A stretch of DNA of 64,000 bases from Pseudomonadota bacterium (lineage in GTDB: Archaea > Thermoplasmatota > SW-10-69-26 > JACQPN01 > JAJPHT01). Position 1 is the stretch's first letter; every line of letters starts with the position of its first letter. Under the pieces are notes generated by a model that was given only the letters and a program-made list of their open reading frames with translations, ran no database searches and was not told the origin of the DNA. Location of the stretch: NCBI GenBank assembly GCA_021325135.1, contig JAJPHT010000029.1, forward strand, positions 96,001 through 160,000. The letters run 5' to 3'. Position numbers and translations under genes: made by a program. Shown in pieces: positions 9,320 to 21,646 of the stretch.

Positions 9320-10816
9320 GTGGAGGAGCCCCTGCACGTCCTGGCGTGCGACCGGCAGCCGCAGGACGCCGACGCGCTGGTCCACCGGTGGGCCGACGGC
9401 GCGCGCGACCGACTCTCGTTCGCGGACGTGGGGCTCGCCTCCCGCGCGCTGGCGTCGCGCCTCTCCGAGGCGGGCGTGCGCGCGGGCATGCGCGTCGCCA
9501 TCGCGCTCCCGCCCTCGCCCCTCGTCCCGGTCGCGCACCTGGCGTGCTCGCGCGTGGGCGCCGTGAGCGTGCCCCTCTCGCCCATGCTGGGGCCCGACGC
9601 GCTGGCGCCGCGCCTCGCCATGGCGGAGCCGGCCCTCGCCCTCGTCCACGAGACGCGCGTCGCGGCGTTCCGCCAAGCGGCGCCGCGCCTGGCGCTCTGG
9701 ATCGCCCAGGGGCGCAACCTGCGCACGACGCGCGGCCCCCTCCCCGAGGACGCGCTTGCCGCGTCGGCGCCGCTGCGCGAGCGGGCGATGAGCCTCTTCT
9801 TCACCAGCGGCACCACCGCCGCGCCCAAGGCCGTCGTGCTGCCGCACCGCGTCATCCCCGGAAGGATGGAGGGCTTCCGGCGCGCGCACCCGGGCTTCGC
9901 CGGGGGCCGCTTCTGGAGCCCCGCCGAGTGGAGCTGGATCGGCGGCCTGCACGACGCCCTCTTCGCCCCCTGGCTCGCGGGCGGCTGCGTGATATCATCC
10001 GAGCGCGCGGGCCACTTCGACCCGGCGGCCGCCGCGCGCCTCCTCGTCGAGGAGCGCGTCGAGAGCGCGTTCCTCCCGCCCACCGCGCTGAAGCTCTGGC
10101 GCGCCAGCGGCGCCCCCACGCCGCGCCTCTCCTCGCTGCACACCGCCGGCGAGACGCTCCCCGAGCCGTTGCTGGGCTGGGCGCGCGAGGCCTTCGGCGC
10201 GCCGCCCCGCGAGGTCTACGGCCTCACCGAGTGCGCGTTCGTCCTGGTGAACGACGAGGCCGAGCCCGGCGTCACGGGCCGCGCGGCGTCGGGCGCCGAG
10301 GTGGCGGTGCTCGCGGAGGGGTCCGACGAGCCCGCGAAGCCCGGCGAGACGGGCGAGGTGTGCATCCGCGCCGGCGCGCCCACCATGATGCTGGGCTACC
10401 GCGAGGCGGGCGCGATCGCGCTCCCGGTGGACGAGGGCGGCTGGCTGCGCACGGGGGACGAGGCGCGCGTGCTGGAGGACGGCCGCCTGCGCGTGCTGGG
10501 CCGCCTGGACGACGTGGTCAAGACCAGCGGCTTCCGCGTCTCGCCCGGCGAGGTCGAGGCCGCGCTGCACCGGCACCCCGCCGTCGCGGCGTGCGCCGTG
10601 GTGGGCGAGCCCGACCCCGAGCGCGGCCAAGCCCTGGTGGCCTACGTCGTCCCCGCGCCGGGCCACGTCGCGGGCCCCGCGCTGGCAGACGCGCTGCGCG
10701 AGCACGCCAAGGGGCACCTCGCGGCGTACATGGCGCCGCGCGCGGTCCGCTTCGTGGACGAGCTTCCCACCACGGTCAACGGGAAGCTCCAGCGCCGCCG
10801 CCTGCGGGGCGGCTGA
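9320..10816 (+). CDS. AMP-binding acyl-CoA synthetase
   Basis: FFTSGTTAAPK, YGLTE, RTGD, GRLDDVVK, LPTTVNGK; GTG start inferred. Confidence 0.88.
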   Translation: MEEPLHVLACDRQPQDADALVHRWADGARDRLSFADVGLASRALASRLSEAGVRAGMRVAIALPPSPLVPVAHLACSRVGAVSVPLSPMLGPDALAPRLAMAEPALALVHETRVAAFRQAAPRLALWIAQGRNLRTTRGPLPEDALAASAPLRERAMSLFFTSGTTAAPKAVVLPHRVIPGRMEGFRRAHPGFAGGRFWSPAEWSWIGGLHDALFAPWLAGGCVISSERAGHFDPAAAARLLVEERVESAFLPPTALKLWRASGAPTPRLSSLHTAGETLPEPLLGWAREAFGAPPREVYGLTECAFVLVNDEAEPGVTGRAASGAEVAVLAEGSDEPAKPGETGEVCIRAGAPTMMLGYREAGAIALPVDEGGWLRTGDEARVLEDGRLRVLGRLDDVVKTSGFRVSPGEVEAALHRHPAVAACAVVGEPDPERGQALVAYVVPAPGHVAGPALADALREHAKGHLAAYMAPRAVRFVDELPTTVNGKLQRRRLRGG

Positions 10817-11624
10817 GCCCGCGCACGTCGGAGGCCATCTCCTTCCAGTGGAGGGCGCCGCGCTCCTCGCGGAAGTACCCGAAGTGGCCCAGGCCGTCGA
10901 GGACGCGGCGCTGGAGCCTCTCCTGCGGGAAGCGCGCGAGGAGCGCCTCGACCGCGGCGGCGGGCGCGTAGCCGTCGTCCGAGACGCGCAGCGCCAGCGT
11001 CGGCATCCTCAGCCGGGCGTAGTCCGCCTCGCCCTCGACGAAGCCGCGCCGCCGGCCCCACGCGGCCCACTCCCGCGCGACGCCCGCGGGCACGTCCTGG
11101 CCCAGGCCCGCCCACCCGGGCACGCGCCCCAGCGCCGCCGCGAAGAGCGGGATGCCCACGTGCCACACGCCCCACAAACGATATCGCGACGCGCCCCGCC
11201 AGTGGCGCCAATGCCCGTCCTGGCTCGCCACGAGCACGAGGCCCTCCAGCGTCGCGGCCTCAGGGCAGAGCCCCGCGAGCCAGCCGCCCGCGCTGTGGCC
11301 CAGCATCACGAGCGGGCGGCCCGGAAACGCGTCGCGGGCCGCGGCGATGGCGGCGGGCATGTCCAGCCTCGCCCAGTCGCGCATCGTCGCGGGGTCGTCG
11401 CGCACGCGCGGGAGGCGCGAGCCGCCGATGCCGCGGAAGTCGTAGGTGAGCGTGGGCACGCCCTCGGCGGCCATGGCCGCGGCAAAGGGCGCGTAGTAGG
11501 CGCGGCGCACGGCCATCGCGGGGCTCACGAGGAGCGCGGGGCCCGTCCCAGGAGCGGCGTCGAAGCGCGTCGCGGCGAGGGCGCGTCCGTCAGCGGCGTG
11601 GAGAAGGAGATCGACCCCGGGCAC
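10776..11624 (-). CDS. Alpha/beta hydrolase (COG4757-like)
   Basis: TYDFRGIGGS, GHSAGG nucleophile elbow, GHFGYF; start approximate. Confidence 0.85.
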   Translation of the reverse strand: MPGVDLLLHAADGRALAATRFDAAPGTGPALLVSPAMAVRRAYYAPFAAAMAAEGVPTLTYDFRGIGGSRLPRVRDDPATMRDWARLDMPAAIAAARDAFPGRPLVMLGHSAGGWLAGLCPEAATLEGLVLVASQDGHWRHWRGASRYRLWGVWHVGIPLFAAALGRVPGWAGLGQDVPAGVAREWAAWGRRRGFVEGEADYARLRMPTLALRVSDDGYAPAAAVEALLARFPQERLQRRVLDGLGHFGYFREERGALHWKEMASDVRGLSRPAGGGAGASR

Positions 11625-11753
11625 GGGCGGGACTGGAGCCGCGACGTCTTGGCCGTTGCGAGCCCTGACCCGTCCTGGTCGCAGCCGGCCAGGTGCAGGC
11701 GCGCTGCCTCCTAAGCGCCCCCTTCCCGTCGCCCGCCCCGGAGGCACAACAAG

Positions 11754-12368
11754 ATGAACCCCCGCATCGCGGCAATCGCCACGCTGTCCCTTCTGCTCAC
11801 CGTCCCCCTGGCGCCCATGGCGTCGGCGCAGCCCCCGACCATCGTCCACCTCTGCACGGACCAGACGTCGGACTACTGCCCCGGCCTGGTCTGCTTCTCC
11901 ATCAGCCTTCAGGTGACCAACTGCGTCCCCGACGTGGTCTCCCCGCTCACGCAGATCAGCGTCTGCCGCGAGCACGAGACGGGCTGCCCCCCCGGCCAGT
12001 ACGCCTGCGTGACCGACGGCGCGGCGCAGCAGTGCGTCGTCGACCCCTGCCTGCTGGCGCCCGAGATGTGCAACCCCCTCCAGACCGGCCCCGGCCCCTG
12101 CCTGGACTCCCTCAACGGCGGCTGCGGCCCCTGCCCGCCGGGCACCCTGATGGTGTGCAGCTGCCTGCTCTGCGAGATCACGCCGATCATCGCGTGCAAC
12201 ACGCTGCCCACCGAGACCGTCGGCTACTTCGCCGGCTTCCAGGGCACGAGCTGCATCGGCGGCCGCGCCTACGTCTGCACGGACCCCCAGGTCACGCTCC
12301 CCAGCCGCTTCCTGCCGGGCCACGTCCAGTGCACGGCCGAGGACGACTCGGTCCTCGTGATCCCGTAA
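11754..12368 (+). CDS. Secreted Cys-rich protein (20 Cys)
   Basis: Signal peptide ending ASA; codon usage typical for the genome. Confidence 0.8.
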   Translation: MNPRIAAIATLSLLLTVPLAPMASAQPPTIVHLCTDQTSDYCPGLVCFSISLQVTNCVPDVVSPLTQISVCREHETGCPPGQYACVTDGAAQQCVVDPCLLAPEMCNPLQTGPGPCLDSLNGGCGPCPPGTLMVCSCLLCEITPIIACNTLPTETVGYFAGFQGTSCIGGRAYVCTDPQVTLPSRFLPGHVQCTAEDDSVLVIP

Positions 12369-12558
12369 CGCCGCTGCGCGGGACTCCTCCGCGGCCGCGA
12401 GGCCCGGGGTGTTCCGCGTGATATCCTTTTTTCTCGTTCTCCTTCTCATCGCCGTCGCGGCGGACGACGCCGCAGGCTTCTTCTGCGCGCGGGGGGGGAC
12501 GGCCCGGGAGCGCCCCTTGGTCTTCGCGCTCCCGGGGCGTGCCACCGTTGGCGGACGC

Positions 12559-13095
12559 TCAGCCGTGGCCGACGGTCACGCCGATGGGCACGCACGACCC
12601 GTAGAGGCTGACCGTCCGCAGGCCGGCGAGGAACGTGTGCAGGTTGGCGCACGTCGTCCCGCAGCTGAGCGTCCCGTCCAGCACGGGCACCGCGCCCTTG
12701 TAGGAGCCCGTGAGCTCCGAGGTCGAGCCCACGCGGACGTACTCGAAGTGCGAGCCGTCGCTCACGTTCATGACGCACGACTCGGCGGCCGCCGTGCAGC
12801 CCCCGGCGCCGTCGGACTCGTAGTCGACCTGGTGCGTCCAGGTCGCGAGGTAGAAGAGGCCCAGGGGCGGGTCGCGCACCGTTGCCCCGGCGTTCGTGAC
12901 CAGCGTGAAGGCCCAGGGCTCGGTGGCCGAGGTGGTGGAGCCCGAGCAGTCCACGGCCGTGCCGGTGATGAACCCGCTGGCGTCGAGGCAGGCGTCGAGC
13001 GTGCAGACGGTGGAGTCGGCCGAGGCCGGATGCGCAAGGAGCATCGCGGGGGCAAGGAGCGCGGCGAGGAGGGCGGAGGTCTTCCAGAATGTCAT
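12559..13095 (-). CDS. Secreted hypothetical protein
   Basis: MTFWKTSALLAALLAPAMLLAHPASA signal peptide; paired Cys. Confidence 0.7.
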   Translation of the reverse strand: MTFWKTSALLAALLAPAMLLAHPASADSTVCTLDACLDASGFITGTAVDCSGSTTSATEPWAFTLVTNAGATVRDPPLGLFYLATWTHQVDYESDGAGGCTAAAESCVMNVSDGSHFEYVRVGSTSELTGSYKGAVPVLDGTLSCGTTCANLHTFLAGLRTVSLYGSCVPIGVTVGHG

Positions 13096-13222
13096 GGGAA
13101 TCCGTTGCCCCTTTCCGGGGCGATCCGCGACCCGCGCTGGCGAGAATAACACATCTATGCAGGTTGTTTCTGTAACAGCCGCGCCGGGGGTTAGCCTTCC
13201 CCCCGGCGAGGGGGCTGGTGCC

Positions 13223-13525
13223 TCACGCGACGTTGAGGTTCACGCACGTCTGCGTTGGCAGGCGGTCGTGCAGCGGGTCGAAGGCGAGCCAGTCGATCGT
13301 CTCCAGGCTGCCTGCGTAGGCCACGAGGCACAGGGCCGTGGCCTTCACGCCGTTGGCCAGGCCGACGGCGTCGGCGACGAGGCAGTTGACGGAGGCGCAC
13401 GGAAGGGGCGGGATGGGCGGGATCGGGTGCGGGCCGCAGAGGGTGGGCGAGCACGCGGCGGCCTCGGGCAGCAGCGCGAAGGTGGACGCGATCAGCGCGG
13501 CGATCAGGATGAATCGGGCGTTCAT
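13223..13525 (-). CDS. Small secreted Cys-containing protein
   Basis: Signal peptide ending AAA followed by CSPTLC. Confidence 0.7.
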   Translation of the reverse strand: MNARFILIAALIASTFALLPEAAACSPTLCGPHPIPPIPPLPCASVNCLVADAVGLANGVKATALCLVAYAGSLETIDWLAFDPLHDRLPTQTCVNLNVA

Positions 13526-13612
13526 GTCGAAGCTCCGGCGCCATCGACGCGCGTCCGAAGCTAAGCGATTCCCTTCGGATGGTTGCTGGAGCGGAGCGCC
13601 CAGGGGTGAAGG

Positions 13613-16528
<2,916 letters not shown>

Positions 16529-16652
16529 CGGAGAATCGCGCGCCCATCTCCAATGATGGTATTTGAGGCTTCGCGGGGGGCGGCGAAGGTGCGCTCCCGG
16601 GGTCGCGCCTCGGTCCCCTGGCCGCTCCCCGCGGAACCTTGAAGGACCTGCC

Positions 16653-17426
16653 TCAAGAGGTCGGGCCGAGGGGGATGTGCTCGGTGTGGCTGACGGGCCC
16701 AGCCTCGATGGTGAGGTCGATCCACGCCGCGAGCTGGCCTTCGGGGCTGCGCGGCACGGAGCATGACGGCTCGCAGTACCAGTAGGGGATCGATTGGCCC
16801 GTGGGAAGGTCCAGCGTCCCGTCGGTGCGGGGGATGGTGTAGAACTCTCCCGCATGGGGGTCCAGGAAGCTGCCGGCGGGGACGACGAGGCGCGCGGTCA
16901 CCGTCACGGGGGGCGCGTCGCCGACGTGCTCCGAGCCGACGGTGGTGGTCGTGTCGCAGCCAGTGTGATGGCCCTGCGCAGCCCAATTGACGTAGCCGCA
17001 GATGCTCGCAAGGTCGGGCGTGACCACCTGGAGGGGGATGGAGGCGAAGCCGGGCGTCGGACCGAGGGTCGCGGGACCGGCGACCTCGAACTCGCCAATG
17101 CAGAGGAGGTGGAAGCCGTCGTCCGCCGGGGAGCCCTCAGGGGGGATGCACACGCCCGGGAACGTCACGGGGCCCACCGTCTCCTGGGCCGGGTCCACCG
17201 CTGGGGTCGCGGCGTTGACGTCGGGGATGGGCGTGACGCTCCGGCAGGCCTGGAGAAGGGTACACCAGCGGGAGACGCTCTCCTGGGGGGTGTCGATTGC
17301 CTGGCCGGGGATGGAGGGTCCCACCGTCTGGTCAACGGCGGGGACGGGAACGGGCGTGGCCGTGACGGACGGCGCGGCCAGGATCATGACAGCAAGAAAA
17401 GTGAGAATCGGGAAGGTCGTTCGCAT
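16653..17426 (-). CDS. Secreted Pro/Thr-rich hypothetical protein
   Basis: Signal peptide; GC visibly lower than flanking genes. Confidence 0.65.
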   Translation of the reverse strand: MRTTFPILTFLAVMILAAPSVTATPVPVPAVDQTVGPSIPGQAIDTPQESVSRWCTLLQACRSVTPIPDVNAATPAVDPAQETVGPVTFPGVCIPPEGSPADDGFHLLCIGEFEVAGPATLGPTPGFASIPLQVVTPDLASICGYVNWAAQGHHTGCDTTTTVGSEHVGDAPPVTVTARLVVPAGSFLDPHAGEFYTIPRTDGTLDLPTGQSIPYWYCEPSCSVPRSPEGQLAAWIDLTIEAGPVSHTEHIPLGPTS

Positions 17427-17594
17427 GGGAGAAACCGTGCCGCCGGAATCTGTAACTGTTATTTAATGTCGTTTGACCTGCGTTGCTGGGAGGCGGCCGC
17501 CGGGCTGCCCCTCGTCCAGGCCCGGCCGGGGGCGAAGCCGTCCGGCCCGGCGTGAGATGTGCCCTCACGCCCCCCAGGGACAGAGAAGAGCCTT

Positions 17595-18719
17595 ATGCTG
17601 GCCAAGGCGGTGCGGCCCCTCATGCGGCTGGCTGTCCTCCTGCTCGTCTTCCTGGTCCTCCCCCTCGCTGGCGCGGCCCCGCCGCTGGACGACGACGCCG
17701 GAAGCGGCACGGACGCCCCCAACACCCCCTCCCCCGGCGTGGCCATCGTCCCCGGCCCCGTCTACATGGGCGCCTTCTCGGTGCCCTCGGACACGGCGGA
17801 CTTCTACACCTTCTCGGCCGTGAGCGGCGACGCGCTGCGCGTCATGGTCTGGCCCCTGGAGGCGTGCATCAGCTTCTACGCCCCCAGCGGCGCGCTGCGG
17901 CAGAGCCTCTGCACCGTGGGCGGCTCCAACCTCGTGCTCTCCGGCACCGCCAACGAGACGGGCACCTGGTACCTGGGCATCTCGCAGATCGAGCACGCCC
18001 TCACCCCCTACCGTTTCTCCCTGGGCGTCAACGGCTCCCCCTCCGACCCCAGCCCCGGCGTCTCCCTCAACCCGCCGCGCTTCATCCAGCCTGGCGAGCT
18101 GGTCACGACGCCCGTGGGCTCGTGCACCATGAACTTCGTCTACAACGGCACGGGCGCCAAGGCGGGCCACGTCTACATCGGCACGGCCGCCCACTGCTGG
18201 ACCGCCCTGGGCCAGAGCGCCTCGGCCGCAGGCATCACCAACTTCGGCACCGTCGTCTACCTGGGCGACTACGCGGGCATCAACGTGGGCACGTTCGACA
18301 ACGGCATCCCCGGCACGCAGGTGGACTTCTCCCTCATCGAGATCAACTCGGCCTACCTGCCCTTCATCAAGGGCGAGGTCAAGGGGCACCCCGGCATGCC
18401 CACCGCGCTGAAGGCGCACAGCACCGTGAAGCTGGGCGACCGCTTCCTCTTCTCGGGCTACGGCGTGGGTTTCGACTCCAGCCAGCCCACCCGCGAGGAC
18501 CGCCAGGGAATCTACACCCTCAACGAGGGCACCACCTGGCAGGCCGCGGCGCCCATCACGCCGGGCGACTCCGGCGGCCCCGTGCTCCACTCCGACGGCA
18601 CCGCCGTGGGCGAGGTCACGGACATCAGCGCGCTGGGCGCGGGCGGCCCCTGGCTCGACCAGGCCATCAGCGAGGCCAGCGCCCACGGCTTCCCCATCGC
18701 CCTGAGGCCCGCGTACTAG
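17595..18719 (+). CDS. Secreted trypsin-like (S1) serine protease with N-terminal PPC-like domain
   Basis: GTAAHC, DFSLI, PGDSGGP catalytic triad motifs; DTADFYTF PPC-like segment; start could be 17622. Confidence 0.85.
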   Translation: MLAKAVRPLMRLAVLLLVFLVLPLAGAAPPLDDDAGSGTDAPNTPSPGVAIVPGPVYMGAFSVPSDTADFYTFSAVSGDALRVMVWPLEACISFYAPSGALRQSLCTVGGSNLVLSGTANETGTWYLGISQIEHALTPYRFSLGVNGSPSDPSPGVSLNPPRFIQPGELVTTPVGSCTMNFVYNGTGAKAGHVYIGTAAHCWTALGQSASAAGITNFGTVVYLGDYAGINVGTFDNGIPGTQVDFSLIEINSAYLPFIKGEVKGHPGMPTALKAHSTVKLGDRFLFSGYGVGFDSSQPTREDRQGIYTLNEGTTWQAAAPITPGDSGGPVLHSDGTAVGEVTDISALGAGGPWLDQAISEASAHGFPIALRPAY

Positions 18720-18786
18720 AACCGGCTTCACGGTCTCGCCCGGACCTTTTTCCTCTCCTCCGGCGGCGCCGCAGCGCCGCCAAATG

Positions 18787-18878
18787 CGGGGGGTTTGGGG
18801 GGCGCAGCCCCCTGAAGTGAAGTCCCGTTCCAGCCGACGACCGAAACGTCAGGGGGCTTCGCCCCCCGAACCCCCCGC
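18787..18878. repeat. Inverted pair of REP-like hairpins
   Basis: GGGGGTTTGGGGGGCGCAGCCCCCTGA ... TCAGGGGGCTTCGCCCCCCGAACCCCCC. Confidence 0.75.
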
Positions 18879-18881
18879 ACC

Positions 18882-19481
18882 TCAACCTTCGAGGTCGCCG
18901 CGGTCGAGGATGACCATGCCGGTCTTCAGCGACTCGGCCTCCTCCGGGGAGAGCACGCGGCGCTCCACCTTCTCGGCCAGGATCGCGCTGTTGCCGAAGG
19001 GGTCGTCGATGACGAGGCTGAAAGGCAGCTCGCCCGTGAGCATCCGCTCGTAGCGCGAGAGGTACTCCTGGAGGAGCGCCACCTTCTCCGGGTCCTCGCC
19101 GTGGAACTCCAGCGCCGTGAGGAGGATGTCCTTCGCGCGGTCCAGCACGCCCTCCACGTTGGAGACGTAGCTCTCCGAGAGGGGCGAGGGCTCCGCCGTG
19201 AAGCCAAGCTCCGCGATGCGGATGGTGCCCGAGTTGCTGCGGATGACGCGGATGGTGAGGTCCTCCAGCGACTCCACGCGAAGCTCCAATCGCATGGGGT
19301 CCTTCTGCGAGAGGATCATGAAGTCCGCGTGGCGGAACCCGCACGCGCCGCAGCGCAGCGTCGTCTCCATGCCGTCCCCGAAGTAGGGCACGTTCACCGT
19401 CATGCTCAGCATCGTGAGTTGCCCGACGGCGCGGCACATGGGGCAGGGCGAGTCGACCGGGACAGCCTGGATGCCGCTCAC
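18882..19481 (-). CDS. Archaeal ZPR1 zinc-finger protein
   Basis: CPMC...VPYFG...CGACGFR, VIRSNSG, SNVEGVL, DDPFGNS; GTG start inferred. Confidence 0.92.
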   Translation of the reverse strand: MSGIQAVPVDSPCPMCRAVGQLTMLSMTVNVPYFGDGMETTLRCGACGFRHADFMILSQKDPMRLELRVESLEDLTIRVIRSNSGTIRIAELGFTAEPSPLSESYVSNVEGVLDRAKDILLTALEFHGEDPEKVALLQEYLSRYERMLTGELPFSLVIDDPFGNSAILAEKVERRVLSPEEAESLKTGMVILDRGDLEG

Positions 19482-19600
19482 GGTCCGCGCCACTCTTCGG
19501 ATTCTCTTAATGGTTCCTGGGCGCCCCGTGGGGTCTTTCTCTGGTCGCCACGCCTCCGGAGACGCCAAAGGAGGCGGGAGAGGACGTCGTGCGGGCAAAG

Positions 19601-19658
19601 GGTCACGTGACCGGTCACGTGACACGGCCACGCGAGTCATGTGACCGGTCACGTGACT
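19601..19658. promoter_or_regulatory. Four tandem 12-bp palindromes, consensus RGTCAYGTGACH
   Basis: 19601 GGTCACGTGACC, 19613 GGTCACGTGACA, 19635 AGTCATGTGACC, 19647 GGTCACGTGACT, in the divergent ZPR1/sepF spacer. Confidence 0.6.
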
Positions 19659-19812
19659 CCCTCCTCGTTGGCCTCCTTGGAGAGCGGGCATCTCGGTGAG
19701 CCCAGAAAGGAGCCCCCAGACGCGGGAGGCGCAAAGACGGGCCGAGCCCGATTTTGAAATGATGAAGCTTAAGTGCCTCGCGCGAGTGATATGCCACGCA
19801 AGGGATGCACGC

Positions 19813-20358
19813 ATGGCGTTTCTCGACAAGCTGATCGGCGGCAACAGCAGCAACGGCCGCCGCCCCGCCGAGGGCGGCAACGACCGCACCTACATCGATC
19901 TCTCCGACTACGCCGCCACCGAGAAGACGGGCGAGGGCGCCGCGAGCACCTACGTCCGCTTCGCGGAGCTGCGCGCGCTGGACGACCTGAAGCAGTTCTC
20001 GTCCTACGTGTACGACGGCAACCTCCTCATCCTCGACTTCAGCAAGGTCCAGGGAGACGAGATCCTGCTGCGCCGCCTCACCAACGAGCTTCGCAAACTC
20101 GCGCAGGACACCGGCGGCGACATCGCCGGCCTGGGCGACCACCACATCCTCCTGACCCCCACGGGCGTCAAGGTGGACCGCAAGCGCCTCACCGCCAACA
20201 AGGGCGACGAGGAGGAGCCGGCCCACGTCCCGCGCACCTCGGCGAGCCCCGCCCCGGCCCCCGCGCCGATGGTGGCCCCCGCTCCCGCGCCGGCTCCGGC
20301 CGCGGCCCCCCCGGTCCGGACCAACGGCGGCGTCGGCCGCCGCATGGCGAACAAGTAG
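19813..20358 (+). CDS. sepF: Cell division protein SepF (archaeal type) with Pro/Ala tail
   Basis: YIDLS, VYDGNLLILD, GGDIAGLG..HILLTPTGVKVDR. Confidence 0.9.
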   Translation: MAFLDKLIGGNSSNGRRPAEGGNDRTYIDLSDYAATEKTGEGAASTYVRFAELRALDDLKQFSSYVYDGNLLILDFSKVQGDEILLRRLTNELRKLAQDTGGDIAGLGDHHILLTPTGVKVDRKRLTANKGDEEEPAHVPRTSASPAPAPAPMVAPAPAPAPAAAPPVRTNGGVGRRMANK

Positions 20359-20410
20359 GCCTCTTGGCCCCTCGCCGCCGGCATCCGCCCTTTCTCGGCC
20401 GGCGGCAGAA

Positions 20411-20456
20411 CTATTTATAAACTATTTAAACGACCGGCTGCTTTGGGCTTATAAAG
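20411..20456 (+). promoter_or_regulatory. tbp promoter with three TATA-like boxes
   Basis: TTTATAAA 20414, TATTTAAA 20423, TTATAAA 20449; the last is 24-30 bp before the ATG, consistent with a leaderless mRNA. Confidence 0.7.
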
Positions 20457-20478
20457 CGGCCTTGGCCGGTGACTCTCC

Positions 20479-21024
20479 ATGGCGAAGATCAAGATCGAGA
20501 ACGTCGTCGCGTCGACCTCCATCGGCACCGAGCTGGACCTCCAGTCCATCGCCCTCGCCCTCGACAACGCGGAGTACGAGCCCGAGCAGTTCCCCGGCCT
20601 CGTCTGCCGTCTCAAGGACCCCAAGACGGCGGCGCTCCTCTTCCGCAGCGGCAAGGTCGTCTGCACCGGCGCGAAGTCCATCGACGCCGTGGGCAAGGCC
20701 GTGGACATCGTGACGGCCAAGATCGAGGCCAGCGGCGTGAAGGTCGACCGCAACCCGGAGATCACCGTCCAGAACATCGTCGCCTCGGCCGACCTGCACT
20801 CGGAGTTGAACCTCAACGCCATCGCCATCGGCTTGGGCCTGGAGAAGGTCGAGTACGAGCCCGAGCAGTTCCCCGGCCTCGTCTACCGCCTGGACGACCC
20901 CAAGGTCGTGGTCCTCCTCTTCGGCAGCGGCAAGCTCGTCTGCACGGGCGCCCGCAAGCCCGAGGACGCCGAGCGCGCCGTCGACAAGATCACCGAGGAG
21001 CTTCAGGCCCTCGGCCTGCTCTAA
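20479..21024 (+). CDS. tbp: TATA-box-binding protein
   Basis: Two TBP repeats, NVVAS/NIVAS...YEPEQFPGLV...LF.SGK.VCTGA. Confidence 0.98.
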   Translation: MAKIKIENVVASTSIGTELDLQSIALALDNAEYEPEQFPGLVCRLKDPKTAALLFRSGKVVCTGAKSIDAVGKAVDIVTAKIEASGVKVDRNPEITVQNIVASADLHSELNLNAIAIGLGLEKVEYEPEQFPGLVYRLDDPKVVVLLFGSGKLVCTGARKPEDAERAVDKITEELQALGLL

Positions 21025-21139
21025 CCGGGCGGTGAGGATCGCCCCCGAAGCGCCGCTTGCGGCGCGGAGCGGGGCGCATCGTGCGTATTGCCGGCTGGTA
21101 CGCCAGCCGCGGAGGAGCTTCAGGCCCTCGGCCTGCTCT
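20995..21139 (+). repeat. 28-bp direct repeat of the tbp 3' end
   Basis: GAGGAGCTTCAGGCCCTCGGCCTGCTCT at 20995-21022 and 21112-21139. Confidence 0.85.
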
Positions 21140-21209
21140 GAACGGGTTTCCGTTTTCCTTTTTCCGCCCTCCCGAAGGGCGGGTCCCTTTCTTCGTCCTA
21201 GCGGGGGCC

Positions 21210-21605
21210 ATGGACGTCTCCACCGCCCGACGCATCGAGCGCGCGCTGCTGACCGCGGAGAACGAGGACCCCGACGCGCTCCGGAGCGTCCTGTCCAGCG
21301 CGCCCACGTGGCACACGCCGGGCCACAACATGCTGGCGGGCGACCACATGGGGCGCGAGCAGGTGGTCCAGCTTCTCAAGGACTACCGCGACATGACCCA
21401 GGGGAGCCTCCGCGTGGAGGAGGCCCGCGGGCCCGAGACGCGGGGCGACGAGGGGACCCTCCACCTGCACCTCTCCGCGAGGCGGCAGGGGCTCATGCTG
21501 GACACCGAGGCGGACGTGCGCTTCCGCCTGGAGGAGGGGCGCGTGGCGGAGCTTTGGACCCAGCCCGAGGACGCCGCGGCGTGGGACCGCTTCTGGGCCC
21601 CGTAG
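21210..21605 (+). CDS. SnoaL/NTF2-like protein
   Basis: WHTPGHNMLAGDHMGRE, FRLEEGRVAELW, WDRFW. Confidence 0.75.
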   Translation: MDVSTARRIERALLTAENEDPDALRSVLSSAPTWHTPGHNMLAGDHMGREQVVQLLKDYRDMTQGSLRVEEARGPETRGDEGTLHLHLSARRQGLMLDTEADVRFRLEEGRVAELWTQPEDAAAWDRFWAP

Positions 21606-21646
21606 GCCGCCGGCACCGTGAATAGCGGGCGCGTCGTCGCCTGGCC

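Noticed and set aside
19500-19800. Replication origin
   Set aside because: No cdc6/orc gene, ORB-like G-string boxes or AT-rich unwinding element nearby.
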